This document shows positions 39,901 through 49,679 of a stretch of 64,000 nucleotides of DNA, in pieces (positions within the stretch are counted from its first letter, which is position 1; each line of letters starts with the position of its first letter). The DNA comes from Ruminococcus sp. GTDB taxonomy: Bacteria > Bacillota > Clostridia > Oscillospirales > Acutalibacteraceae. The translations under genes were made by a program, and so were the position numbers. The stretch spans positions 32,529 through 96,528 of the forward strand of contig JAFUIK010000035.1 of NCBI GenBank assembly GCA_017473955.1, given 5' to 3'. The notes below the pieces were generated by a model. That model did no database searches, was not told where the DNA came from, and saw nothing but the letters and a program-made list of their open reading frames with translations.

Positions 39901-42900
39901 TAGTGCCGTCAATTGTGAATGAACCAAAGCTTGAGTAAATCTTAGCCTGTGTTAAATCTACAAATGAAGGTACATAGAAGTGATACTGTGAACCGTTCTT
40001 GTACCACTTAATAGCGTCTACAGTGTTTGAGTCACCCTTGGTATCAATCCATAAGCCATACCAGAAGTCATCCATTGAACCTGTAGGAGCTACTGCTGTT
40101 GTGTCAGCTACCCATGAGCCTGTACCACTTGCTGTAGCCTTATAGATAGAGGTTGTAGGCTCGCCTGCAGACCATGTGCCCCACTGTGTAGTGGATGCAT
40201 TTTCTTCATCATAGTAGTATGATGCACGATAGAATGTAACACTGGTTGCAGCATCGTCAACCTTGGCACTCCAGAGAGTTTTGCCGCTCTTGGTATCAAC
40301 AGTTTCATCCATCTTGACTTTGTCGCCAGCGTTTGAATATACAAACATATTTGAGTCGTCGTCTGTGATGTAGCTGTTTGAAGTGCCATCTAAGAAGTAG
40401 ATAGTCTTGTATGTGCCTGATGGGGTGATTACCTCAGGTGCAGTGTAACTACCTAAAACGTTGTGGTATGTTCCGCTCCACTCAAATACGAGGATAATCT
40501 TGCCGTCAGTAGTGCTAATTTCTTCAGCAGCCCAACGGTCGTTGCTGGATAATCTGTAAGTTTTCATACCATTTGCTTCAACAGGAACTTCTGTTTTGTA
40601 AATCTTGAAGTTCTGTGCTGCATTTGACCAATAGTCAGAACCTACTGAAAACTGCTCTGTCTCGCCGGTAGCAACGAGTTCAGCGTCACCCGTAAGACCA
40701 GTTGAGTTATTCCAGTAGTGAAGTGTAGGAACGAAGTCTGTGATATGCTCAACAACACCAACATAGACTGTCTTTGTTGTAGGAGTTGTATCTTCAGGTA
40801 TATCTGAAAGTGAAGCGTACCACTTGTTTGTACCTAAATCATAATACTTGTTAGCCTCAAGTGTAAGGTCGGCTGTTTGAGATGAGCCGTTGTTGAATAT
40901 GATGCTTTCGTACTCTTTTGTAAATGTGATAGAGTAAACATCATTGCCGTTAACGTCCTGCTCGCTTGTTTTTGTCATAGCTAAGCCCGGCCATTCAGAA
41001 GCCTCTGAACCGCCTTCTGTCCAAGCATAAGCGTTAATTGTTGTCCAACCCTTGGAGTTTACAAGGTAAACTGTTGTTTCAACAGGATTTGGTTCAATAT
41101 AGAGATAGGTGTTAGTCCAAGCTGAGTTACCAGTTGGTCTAAAGTAGATAGTCTTGTCGCCTGCTTCTGTTGCAGGAACTTTGTAACTGCTTGACTCACT
41201 TGGATACCACTTTGTGATAGTATAGCCGTCTGTGTAAACAACCTTGAATTCGTCATTCTCAGCAACAGTGTAGTCTACTGTGTATTCACCAGAAACACTA
41301 GAATTAGCTACTAACTTTCTGTCAGGTGTGACAGTATCAAGAGTCCAGAGGTCTTCACCGGAGAATGAACCAACGAGATAGTAACCAGCTTCACATACAG
41401 GAGGGTCTGTTGGAGCTTCAGTCGGAGCTTCAGTCGGAGCCTCTGTTGGAGCAGTAGTTGGAGCAGTTGTAGGAGCCTCTGTTGGAGCAGTGGTTGGCTC
41501 CTCTACAGTCTTTGTAGTCACCAGATTATGGTATGTTCCGCTCCACTCAAACACGAGAAGAATCTGACCGTCATTAGGGTTGACTTCTTCGGCAGCCCAA
41601 GCTGAATCAGCGGACTTGTTATATGTCTTCATACCGTTAGCGGCAACAGGAACTTCTGTTTTATAAATCTTGAAGTTCTGTTTAACGTTGTCCCAGTAAG
41701 CTGAGCCTAATGCGTACTGCTGTGTTTCGCCTGTTGCAACCAAGGTTGCGTCGCCGATAAGTCCTGTTGAATTATTCCAGTAGTGAAGTGTAGGAACAAA
41801 ATCTGTGAGATACTCAACAACACCGACATAAACAGTTTTAGTTGTAGGTGTTGCAGCGGCATCAGTCTGTGCATAATATACAGACAGCTTGTTTGTAGAG
41901 ATTTCGTACTTAAACTCGTATGTACCGCCTGTTGCTGTGAAAGTACAGTCACTTGATGAGTCCATAGTCCAACGGTTAGCAGTATCAGTAAATGTGCCTG
42001 CATTTCCGTGCCATGTGTCAGTACCTGCGTTGTGTACCTTGAATGTATATGTACCTTCAGGGATATCTTTTACGATAGAAAGAATATCATCATTATCTGT
42101 CTTTACAAATGCGTCAGTTGAACCCCAGTTGTTAAATGTACCCTTAAGGTAATATGAAGATGCTGTGAGTGCTAATGTGTTAGCAGTGTTGTAAGTAATG
42201 TTGTATGTACCGTCGCCACCGTTAACAATTGTCATTGTGTAGTAAGTACCATTACTGTCAGCTGCACCGATTACCGCTGTTGCACCAGCAGGAGCGGTAG
42301 GATCAACAGTAACAGTTGAACCGCTTACTGTGACAAAGCCAGCGTCGGTTGTATCACCCATAACGATAGTGCCACCACCGAGGTCAGCAGTAAATTCAGT
42401 TACTGTGTCGTTCATCGAGATAACAGCACCGTCGAGAGATGGGTTACCGTTAGAGCCTGATGTTGTGTTAGCGGCAATTGTTGGTACTACTGAACCGAAT
42501 GAATCAGCAGTGAAATCTACAACGTTCTTATCAGGGAGAGACGCGTTAGATGAGAAACGAATTGCTGTTTCTATAACGTTGTTGTTTTTGTCAAGTTTAA
42601 ATGTACTGTTAACACCTAAAGCTTCTACAAAAGCAATAAAGTCAGAATATGTATTCTTATCAAGTACTACTGACTGAGTAGCAGAGCCATCCCAGTAGTA
42701 AAGTGTTGCTGTTGCGGAATCATAGTAAATTTTTCCTGTACCGTTAGCATAAGTAGCTGATGCAGCGATACGGTAGGTTGTCTGCTTTGTTACCTGTAAA
42801 ACTGTAGGAATAGTGTCACCACTTGGAAGTTTTACAGAGTTATCAACAGGTGTAATATAGTGTGCACTAAGTGGCTGATAAACGATACTGATAACCATAC

Positions 42901-44248
42901 TTGCAAGAAGGTCGTCCCAATCGCTATTAAGCTGAATCTCCTTTGATACAGCAACGCCACCAGGCATAACCTGAGTCTTGTTTCTGGACTCATCACCTTG
43001 AATTACGATGTCTGTGTTGCCCTTTGTCATAGTAGCAACTGTGTCGATTTCAGCGTATGTAATACCGTTCATCCATGCAGGAGAAGCAGTAAGCTTTGCA
43101 TCTTCTGATGCATCTGCTTTGAGCTCATCATAAACATCTGAGAATGATTTAGCCAAAGCACCACCAGTGTTTGCGTAATAGTAAGCATAAGTACGCATCC
43201 AAAGCGGACGACGAGCGTTCTCTACAAGAGCACTCTCTAAAGCATCTTTAGTCTTATATTTTTTAGCTAAAGCAGCTGCTACAGATGGTGTAATGAGAAT
43301 TGTACGCTTTGCGTTAGCATTCTCCTCAATTGATGCACCACCAAGACCACCAAGGTTTTTCTCGGTAATATCCCAAGCCATAACCTTCATAATCTCTTCC
43401 GGTAAATCAGTAGCAGGTGTTATGTTATTACCCCACATAGCAAATGATGTCGCTGTAATAACGTTATCGTTGAGGTCATAACCCTCTTCAACGTGATGAG
43501 GGTCCCAACCGATGTTGATACAGTTCTGCTCGTCCTCTGAGTAAACGAGTGGCTGAACGTTACCGAATGCATTTGTACGCTCAAGACCTGCGAGGTTGAT
43601 GAGTGCAAGCTCCATAAAACGAGCGATTGCGATATTACACTCTTCAGTTGTCATACCCTGACCGTTATCGATACCGAGCTGACGTGAGATAGGTCCGTTG
43701 ACATACATCATTGGTGTAAGCTTACCTGAACGTAAAGAGTCAAGGTAAGTAGTATCACCCAACGCTTCTACGAAAGCGATACAAACAGGGAGATACTCAG
43801 CAGAACAACCTGACATAATAGCGTTAACAGCTACCTGATAAGCGGTAACGCTTCTACCATTTACAGTAGCGACAACATCGTTATCTGCATATGGTGTATA
43901 TCTCATAAATTTTTCTGCTTTAATCCATGTAGGAGGAACAATTGGCAGACCATCTGTCCAGCCTTGTTCATCAAAGTATTTCTGAACATTCTGATATGTG
44001 TCTACTAAAATGTACTCGTCATATGTGTCGTTTCCGCCGACCGGTGAAACAACAGCAAACTTGTTATTTTCAGGTTCCAAACAGTCACAATCATCCTCAC
44101 GACAGTTGAGTTCGTGATATGAAATCTTGTTTTCTATATCTTCGTCCGTGTATCTTGCACTAGCACTCAGCGGAATTGACATAACGCTGATAACAGTCAT
44201 CAAACTAAGCAATAACGCAATACCACGTCTTAAAATATTTGACTTCAT
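36929..44248 (-). CDS. Giant secreted protein: UGSC-associated DGLPxxPPT domain, carbohydrate-binding-like modules, PT linker, CotH kinase, dockerin
   Basis: Signal peptide; GWTDGLPIVPPT, A.NAIM.GC..EYLP; YLKGTFNNW, YAWT...WPG..M (CBM26-like); IKGRGNSS, PVWDYD; GDADSD..VTILDAT. Confidence 0.85.
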   Translation of the reverse strand: MKSNILRRGIALLLSLMTVISVMSIPLSASARYTDEDIENKISYHELNCREDDCDCLEPENNKFAVVSPVGGNDTYDEYILVDTYQNVQKYFDEQGWTDGLPIVPPTWIKAEKFMRYTPYADNDVVATVNGRSVTAYQVAVNAIMSGCSAEYLPVCIAFVEALGDTTYLDSLRSGKLTPMMYVNGPISRQLGIDNGQGMTTEECNIAIARFMELALINLAGLERTNAFGNVQPLVYSEDEQNCINIGWDPHHVEEGYDLNDNVITATSFAMWGNNITPATDLPEEIMKVMAWDITEKNLGGLGGASIEENANAKRTILITPSVAAALAKKYKTKDALESALVENARRPLWMRTYAYYYANTGGALAKSFSDVYDELKADASEDAKLTASPAWMNGITYAEIDTVATMTKGNTDIVIQGDESRNKTQVMPGGVAVSKEIQLNSDWDDLLASMVISIVYQPLSAHYITPVDNSVKLPSGDTIPTVLQVTKQTTYRIAASATYANGTGKIYYDSATATLYYWDGSATQSVVLDKNTYSDFIAFVEALGVNSTFKLDKNNNVIETAIRFSSNASLPDKNVVDFTADSFGSVVPTIAANTTSGSNGNPSLDGAVISMNDTVTEFTADLGGGTIVMGDTTDAGFVTVSGSTVTVDPTAPAGATAVIGAADSNGTYYTMTIVNGGDGTYNITYNTANTLALTASSYYLKGTFNNWGSTDAFVKTDNDDILSIVKDIPEGTYTFKVHNAGTDTWHGNAGTFTDTANRWTMDSSSDCTFTATGGTYEFKYEISTNKLSVYYAQTDAAATPTTKTVYVGVVEYLTDFVPTLHYWNNSTGLIGDATLVATGETQQYALGSAYWDNVKQNFKIYKTEVPVAANGMKTYNKSADSAWAAEEVNPNDGQILLVFEWSGTYHNLVTTKTVEEPTTAPTEAPTTAPTTAPTEAPTEAPTEAPTDPPVCEAGYYLVGSFSGEDLWTLDTVTPDRKLVANSSVSGEYTVDYTVAENDEFKVVYTDGYTITKWYPSESSSYKVPATEAGDKTIYFRPTGNSAWTNTYLYIEPNPVETTVYLVNSKGWTTINAYAWTEGGSEASEWPGLAMTKTSEQDVNGNDVYSITFTKEYESIIFNNGSSQTADLTLEANKYYDLGTNKWYASLSDIPEDTTPTTKTVYVGVVEHITDFVPTLHYWNNSTGLTGDAELVATGETEQFSVGSDYWSNAAQNFKIYKTEVPVEANGMKTYRLSSNDRWAAEEISTTDGKIILVFEWSGTYHNVLGSYTAPEVITPSGTYKTIYFLDGTSNSYITDDDSNMFVYSNAGDKVKMDETVDTKSGKTLWSAKVDDAATSVTFYRASYYYDEENASTTQWGTWSAGEPTTSIYKATASGTGSWVADTTAVAPTGSMDDFWYGLWIDTKGDSNTVDAIKWYKNGSQYHFYVPSFVDLTQAKIYSSFGSFTIDGTTYNNGDAVNLTVGSHTVTGVTNGTTTNLGTLKVYQTESTAAMLMTTKEELFTGITDNYMDSNAWPAGSGLTTTNFNGVYKDAIETKGSYYFYDETGHIVNSDPVLKKIKGRGNSSFEASMRLYGKYAYNFNLDSKVELIEGSTASKKWCLLANNVDHAMMRNTFIYALADDIGIKYAPETRLVDVYDNGKYLGAYVVTEKVEYGKNTLMKDMKNLDDGNEDANIAYYNDEDIMDVLEDYLVQAESSVTVNGQTYTYQYTKSSDEENYPYKQPSAELTEDEITDYNYLLEFELYNRYKNEASWFVSPRTGQAVVVKYPEFATKDEMEWIISEFEAAEAAIYANDTEAIKATVDVDSFAKMYLLQELSINLDSCATSYYIHNDLSTGKLVSSPVWDYDWAFGAYAKDLKYIYNGSSVTTSENMSNPKQMFVKDKALKTDSGDTSKKSNYNFQAKLVHNDYVWERCQYIWTNQMVDALNNYIINESITNDTKGIIEDEWLPKFESSVNMNNARWGSLTYEGDDWGTKVTSDYNKRSYNFYVGNCYQSGTSTAAYANTVYYLNDWVATRWNYMSSSTGGALYNDALVERDEYIISDASFTGVQDSLDDKKLTITPSANVTVNGEELTDMSLVTWTVYVNGKDVYSADMTQTSYTLTLTEKTNEVYVVVSVKDADVTAETEKQTFNCYFPEYTVENVEFTGVQSEDGSTLTVTPSATAKLDGEELAKDKYQYTVYLNGEVAAGPITFTTASTNINLENGVENEVYVKVTPVDNTNVAGTSVIKKFPYGIEVETYNATVYFKSSSSYRYIPNVTVGKTTTPMVKDGNAISKNSSQTQSYYWYKAIVSVPKDTATQLVFTNSYSMYATIDVTISADTTYYFGVDNLNVGTTVVDLTKYDNDEQRYIRDFVKSATHMVYNDATVAGVATTSIDGTIYKMGDADSDKSVTILDATTIQLALVGKTELSKTATMVSDFDLDSNMSIMDATYVQIYLAHNG
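41401..41505 (-). repeat. 12-bp coding repeat giving a PT(E/T)A linker
   Basis: EEPTTAPTEAPTTAPTTAPTEAPTEAPTEAPTDPP. Confidence 0.9.
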
Positions 44249-44336
44249 GATACCATCCTTTCTAATAATTAATGGTAAAGTTGAACGTTTAATCCAACAT
44301 TAAAGTTAAAAGTTTATAAATGCGATAGGTTAATAC

Positions 44337-46328
44337 TTAGTTGAGATAATAAGACTCAAGACTGTTGTATCCGAGACCACTCATAAGGTTATCCCAAGTT
44401 CCGGTCGAAGGTAAGTATGCTTCGTATGAAACACAGTCACCACCAGGCATAACCTGGAATTCAGAGCTTATATCGCCACCTGTTACAACAAAACCTGTGG
44501 TGATAACCTTCTGTCTTTTCTGAGCATCAGTGTTTGCGTTGATAGTCTGAGTAGTATCGATTGTATCAAATGGTACAACACCCTGTAACCACTGTGGCAC
44601 AGCTGTTGTTTCGACCTTATCAGCAGCTACGTTTTCAGTAGATGCACCACTCTTGATGTCTGCATAATGCTCGTCAAAGGTTGTATTCATATGAATCTTT
44701 GAACCTGTGTTTGCCCAGTAGTGAGCGTATGTACGCATCCATAATGGTCTTCTCGCTGTTGCGATAAGAGCATTTTCCAAAGCATCTCTTGTGGTATAAC
44801 CAGTTGCTATAGTAGTAGCAACGTCTTTTGTCATCCAGATAGTACGTGACTCCCATGGGTTTGTGTTACCAAGACCGTTCTGCTGTTTTTCTGTACAATC
44901 CCATGCAAGAAGCTGCATAGCCTTCTCAGGGTCAGTAGTACCGACAGTTACAGGGTTACCCCATGTAAGAGTAGAACCGCAAGTGATAACGGAGTCATTT
45001 AAGTCAAAACCATTGTTTACATGGTATGGATTCCAACCGATGTTGATAGTTGTCTGCTCATCTTCTGCGAAACAGAAAGGCTGCATATAACCAAATGTAC
45101 CCATTCGGTTTTCTTTAATCTTGTAGCCTGCAAGGTTAAGCATAGCAAGAGAAACAAAACGACCGATGAGCTTGTTGGCCTCTTCGTTAATCATACCATC
45201 TTCGTAAGAAATACCGAGCTGACGAGCAAGCGGACCGCTGACAAGAACATATGGTGTCCAACCGTGTGTACTTGCAAGAGATTTGTAGAAGTTACCGTTT
45301 CCAAAGCAACGTGTAATCGCCATACAAATTGGCATATACTCAGCAGGACAACCAGCCATAATAGCGTTTGCCGCTACGTGGTAAGCGTAGATTACTTTAT
45401 TTGCAGGTGGAACGTTTTCTACCACTACTTCTTCAGCTGTCATATTTGTAAACTGTAAGTAGTATTCAATCTTTTCGTTAGTTGGTGGAACAACAGGAAG
45501 ACCGTCGCTCATTTCTTTTACTTCGTAGAATTCCTGAACACGCTGGTATGAGCCTGTAAAGATTACATCGTTATAAGCAGCATCGCTTGCGTCACCGGCA
45601 ATTCTGTCAATTTCTTCCTGAGTAATCTGAGTTGTAAGACCTGTTACAACCTGATCATATAAAATATCACGAGCCTTCTGCTGCTGAACTGAAGTTTCAT
45701 CATTTGCAAAAGCACCAGGATAAGCTGCTGTTCTAACAACAGGAACACCGTTGTTGAAGCCTGTTGACTCAATCTGTGGGATAAAAGTCTCGGCACCTAC
45801 TACAACAGCAGGGATACCTACATACTCAGCAGCAAGTGCGTTACCTGTCTCTTTAACTGTACAGATACCGCAACCGCAGTTACCAGAAATTACAGCATCA
45901 ACACCGTAATTAATAAGCTTCTGCTGGAATTCTTTAGATTTGTCACTCGGCTTTGTAGGGTTGTAGGTACCGCTCTTGCCGATTTCTTCCATAAAATAAA
46001 TATTACAGCCATACTCTGCTATGAGCATATCCGCAAGAACTCGGTGTGTAACAGAAGCAGAGAAGCTTCCGCCGACGAGTGCAATAGTCTTGCCCTCGAG
46101 AGAGTCAAGACGTGCAGGCTGTTCTATTGGTTCAATAGAAGAACCAATTGGCACAGGCGACACAATTTGGTACTCGTTTTTAGTTGGAGCTTCGTTGGAA
46201 GCTTCAGCTGTTTGTGCTACGTCGTTTTCAATCGCTGTTATAGATGTCATACTGACGGTAAGCATACCGACTAAGCATAACAAACTCAACAGCAACGATA
46301 ACGTACGTTTAAAGATGTTTGTTTTCAT
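44337..46328 (-). CDS. Secreted UGSC-family-like redox protein (Cys form) fused to the DGLPxxPPT domain
   Basis: Signal peptide; RL.SLEGKTIAL, DAVISGNCGCGICT, E..GIP.V; SDGLPVVPPT, ANAIMAGC. Confidence 0.75.
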   Translation of the reverse strand: MKTNIFKRTLSLLLSLLCLVGMLTVSMTSITAIENDVAQTAEASNEAPTKNEYQIVSPVPIGSSIEPIEQPARLDSLEGKTIALVGGSFSASVTHRVLADMLIAEYGCNIYFMEEIGKSGTYNPTKPSDKSKEFQQKLINYGVDAVISGNCGCGICTVKETGNALAAEYVGIPAVVVGAETFIPQIESTGFNNGVPVVRTAAYPGAFANDETSVQQQKARDILYDQVVTGLTTQITQEEIDRIAGDASDAAYNDVIFTGSYQRVQEFYEVKEMSDGLPVVPPTNEKIEYYLQFTNMTAEEVVVENVPPANKVIYAYHVAANAIMAGCPAEYMPICMAITRCFGNGNFYKSLASTHGWTPYVLVSGPLARQLGISYEDGMINEEANKLIGRFVSLAMLNLAGYKIKENRMGTFGYMQPFCFAEDEQTTINIGWNPYHVNNGFDLNDSVITCGSTLTWGNPVTVGTTDPEKAMQLLAWDCTEKQQNGLGNTNPWESRTIWMTKDVATTIATGYTTRDALENALIATARRPLWMRTYAHYWANTGSKIHMNTTFDEHYADIKSGASTENVAADKVETTAVPQWLQGVVPFDTIDTTQTINANTDAQKRQKVITTGFVVTGGDISSEFQVMPGGDCVSYEAYLPSTGTWDNLMSGLGYNSLESYYLN

Positions 46329-46415
46329 GAAACCATCCTCTCAAAAATTTTTAAAATGAAACGCTGAATGTTAACTTGCCGTCCTTATTCAGCAGTTATA
46401 TATTACTAGTTTAAT

Positions 46416-47354
46416 TTACTCGGTTATAGCCGCCTCATCGATTGTTGCCTGTGAAGGCTCCGGTAAATTTTCAGGTGTGTAGAAAGTGAAATCGCCGAAG
46501 AATGCATCAGCAAAAATCGAGTTCTGTGTTGTATCATCGTTGAATTTCAGATTGCCGTTTTCGTCAAGCTTATATGATACAGTGAACTTTGTGTCTTTAT
46601 CAGTAACCATACTGAAGGTAAGTTTGTTGTCCTTAGCTGTGTACGCGTAGTACATATATCTGTCAAGGGCAAGGTCTTCACTTTCGTAACGGATAGTCAT
46701 AACACCTTTGTCTGTGAAACTAACAGTCTGTGAATACGGGATTGAATAATAATAGTAAGCTAGTGTACGCTCATTTGTTGCCCATTCACCTATAAGCTCA
46801 TCGTCAACCTCGTAGTCATCATAAGACTCCTTTTCATAGTCAGGAGCCTTAGCCTGCTCGAGCACATATTCCTGAGCTTGTACTGTTTGCCCTGTTTGTT
46901 CGTCCGTATACTCAGGGTAAACCAGAGTTATTTTAGCGTTGCCTAAAAGCTTCGAACCTGTAAACTTGTATGTTAAATCCACAGAACCGAGATTGATAAG
47001 CTCTTCACCATCTTTTTCAATCAGGTCATACTCGTAATATTCAACACCACCATCGTAGCAAATCTTCCATTTTCCGTTTCCGTACTGGTTAGGCTTTTCG
47101 AATATGTAGTAAACCCTGTCGGCGTCTTCAATCTCGTCAGGGGTCGCCTGAGTTACCTCAGGATTAACTGTCAACTCCCACTCGCCCTCAATAGATTTCT
47201 TACCAACGAAAGATAAAACCACACATAGAATCAGTATAACTAAAACTACCGCTACAGAAAGCACGGATATTTTTTTTCTTTTTTTCCTTTTGTCCACGTG
47301 CTCCACATCATCTCTTTCAATTGGTAACACGTATTCTATATTCTTACTTTCCAT
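46416..47354 (-). CDS. Membrane-anchored hypothetical protein with two similar beta-rich domains
   Basis: Basic patch plus single TM; SIEGEW and LIGEW domain starts. Confidence 0.7.
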   Translation of the reverse strand: MESKNIEYVLPIERDDVEHVDKRKKRKKISVLSVAVVLVILILCVVLSFVGKKSIEGEWELTVNPEVTQATPDEIEDADRVYYIFEKPNQYGNGKWKICYDGGVEYYEYDLIEKDGEELINLGSVDLTYKFTGSKLLGNAKITLVYPEYTDEQTGQTVQAQEYVLEQAKAPDYEKESYDDYEVDDELIGEWATNERTLAYYYYSIPYSQTVSFTDKGVMTIRYESEDLALDRYMYYAYTAKDNKLTFSMVTDKDTKFTVSYKLDENGNLKFNDDTTQNSIFADAFFGDFTFYTPENLPEPSQATIDEAAITE

Positions 47355-47460
47355 AATAAACTCCTTAATTTTTCCACAATATTATTCCATTCTATTGAAT
47401 TCAAACACAAAAATTTGATAGAAATGTGTGATTTTATCATTTTTACATCAAAATTTATGC

Positions 47461-47500
47461 TATAATGTGCTATAATATGTTGTAATGTACTACAATGTGT
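47461..47500 (+). promoter_or_regulatory. Four tandem 10-bp direct repeats upstream of the response regulator
   Basis: TATAATGTGC TATAATATGT TGTAATGTAC TACAATGTGT. Confidence 0.6.
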
Positions 47501-47522
47501 ATATACTATGGAGGCAAACGGT

Positions 47523-48215
47523 ATGGGTATAAAAATTAAAATCTTATTAGTAGAAGATGACAATAAGCTTCGAAGTACAATTGCAGATTATCTGCAAATG
47601 AACGGCTATTTGGTAACCGCCTGTGCTGACGGCAACTCTGCACTTTGTAGCTTCGAAAGCCACTCCCCTTTTGACATCGTTCTACTGGATGGAATGTTAC
47701 CGGACATAGACGGGTTTGATATCCTCAAAAAGATTAGGGAAACAGCCAATGTGCCTGTTATCATTTTATCTGCACGAGAGTCAGAAACTGACCAGTTAAC
47801 CGGTTTTCGACTCGGTGCTGACAATTACATAACCAAGCCTTTTTTATTGAGTATTTTAAAGGAGCATATAAACGCACTTTTGAGCCGTGTAAATCAATCA
47901 GACGAAAGCGAAGATTATTTAACAAAAGGTGCATTGATGCTGAATACAGTCGAACGCAAAGTATATCTGGACAGAAAGCTTATCAACACCACACCTCGCG
48001 AGTACGATTTGCTTCTGTATTTTATAAAAAACGAACGAATTGTATTAAGCCGCAACACAATTCTTGATAGTGTGTGGGGATACAGCTATGTCGGAGATTT
48101 GCGTACAGTAGACACTATTATTAAGCAACTGAGAAAAAAGCTAGGCAAACACAGCGATTACATTGTGTCCGTCTATGGTATAGGATATAAATTTGAGGTT
48201 GAGCATGAAAAATAA
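47523..48215 (+). CDS. OmpR-family response regulator
   Basis: ILLVEDD, LLD.MLP..DG, GADNYITKPF, R.VD..IK.LRKKL, VYGIGYKF. Confidence 0.95.
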   Translation: MGIKIKILLVEDDNKLRSTIADYLQMNGYLVTACADGNSALCSFESHSPFDIVLLDGMLPDIDGFDILKKIRETANVPVIILSARESETDQLTGFRLGADNYITKPFLLSILKEHINALLSRVNQSDESEDYLTKGALMLNTVERKVYLDRKLINTTPREYDLLLYFIKNERIVLSRNTILDSVWGYSYVGDLRTVDTIIKQLRKKLGKHSDYIVSVYGIGYKFEVEHEK

Positions 48216-49641
48216 ACTTACTATAAAGCTGATTTTCACAATCGTAGCTACCGTCACACTTCTGATAGGTGTTATGACGCCGATATACTTCTATCTTCAG
48301 CCGACTATGTACATTGAGCAGGAAAAACGAAATGTAGCTGCATTTTCCGAAGAACTTAAAGAGGTCGACCCTTTTGATAAAGAAACAATTTCACAGTTTG
48401 TCAGCGACTCAAAAGAATCCTACCGTATATACATATTTGACAGTGAATTTGAGCCACTGTACACATCCTATCAATTTGGTGATAACAAAAAGTTTCTGAC
48501 ACAGCTATTTAGCAAAAAAATGGATAGTTTCTCAGAAAACAGTGAACCATACTACACCGAGGTAGATAACGACCCTTCTGTTAGATTGTCAACCTGCTAT
48601 AATATAAACGGCAAAACGTATTACATCTATATTAAAGACAGCCACAGTGGTGTTAACATGGTATTCGATTTTTCTAACAGAATACTGGCTTGTGTCGTTA
48701 TAGGTTATATCATTATTTGTTCAATAGTATTATTCCTCGCAATTTCTCCAACAACTAAAGCTGTGAGAAAAATTACTGAGGTTGCAATGAATATTTCTGA
48801 AAACAACCTTTCTGTACGTTATCAGGGAAAAATCCACAAAAATGAAATTGGAGATTTGGCACTAAGCGTCAACAAGATGGCAGACACCATTCAAGAAAAC
48901 ATCAATAATTTAGAAAACTATAACTTCGTGCTTAAAGAAGATAACCGATATATGTTGGAATACGAACAATCCCGACGTATGTTATTACGCAATATTACTC
49001 ACGACCTAAAAACACCACTCACAGTTATCAGTAGTCAGGTTGAGATGATCACCACGTGTCAACAACAAGAAAAAAAGGACTACTACTATCAATCTGCAAT
49101 GGAAGAAATCAACAAGATGAGCAAAATGATAAGCGAGGTTCTACAAATGACTGTAGGCGAGCGAAACATCATCTCAAAGAAAGTTCAGAAACTGGATATC
49201 AGTGCACTTGTTACACAGCTCTGCGATAATCACTACGCTTATATAAAATCGAACAAACTGGAATTAAAGAGAGATATTGACAAGAACTTGCAGTTAGATA
49301 CAATCAAGGAATATATCGAATTTGTATTTAGAAACTATCTCTCAAACGCAGTTCAAAACGCAGACAAAAACACTGTTATCACAGTCTCGCTAAAAAAACG
49401 TCTGGATTGTATTCGATTAGCTGTTGAAAACTGTGGTCAAAATATTCCACACGAATTAAAAGATAAAATTTGGACAGAAACTTTTACTACCTCACCCGAG
49501 GGTAAAGAGAATACCGGCTTAGGACTTTACATAGTCAAGGAAATATCTTTTAAAGAGAATACCCGTTGCGGATTTGAAAACACCGAAAACGGAGTACGCT
49601 TTTGGTTTGATTTTATTGACTGCTCAAACAAAAGTGAATAA
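48205..49641 (+). CDS. HAMP-domain sensor histidine kinase
   Basis: 2 TM, EIG.L....N.M HAMP, HDLKTPL, N.LSNA, TGLGL. Confidence 0.93.
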   Translation: MKNKLTIKLIFTIVATVTLLIGVMTPIYFYLQPTMYIEQEKRNVAAFSEELKEVDPFDKETISQFVSDSKESYRIYIFDSEFEPLYTSYQFGDNKKFLTQLFSKKMDSFSENSEPYYTEVDNDPSVRLSTCYNINGKTYYIYIKDSHSGVNMVFDFSNRILACVVIGYIIICSIVLFLAISPTTKAVRKITEVAMNISENNLSVRYQGKIHKNEIGDLALSVNKMADTIQENINNLENYNFVLKEDNRYMLEYEQSRRMLLRNITHDLKTPLTVISSQVEMITTCQQQEKKDYYYQSAMEEINKMSKMISEVLQMTVGERNIISKKVQKLDISALVTQLCDNHYAYIKSNKLELKRDIDKNLQLDTIKEYIEFVFRNYLSNAVQNADKNTVITVSLKKRLDCIRLAVENCGQNIPHELKDKIWTETFTTSPEGKENTGLGLYIVKEISFKENTRCGFENTENGVRFWFDFIDCSNKSE

Positions 49642-49679
49642 GCATTTTTAACCCAAATTTCGCAGTATTATTTACTCAC

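Noticed and set aside
45861-45878. Selenocysteine in the UGSC-like motif
   Set aside because: The codons are TGC, TGC and TGT; there is no in-frame TGA.
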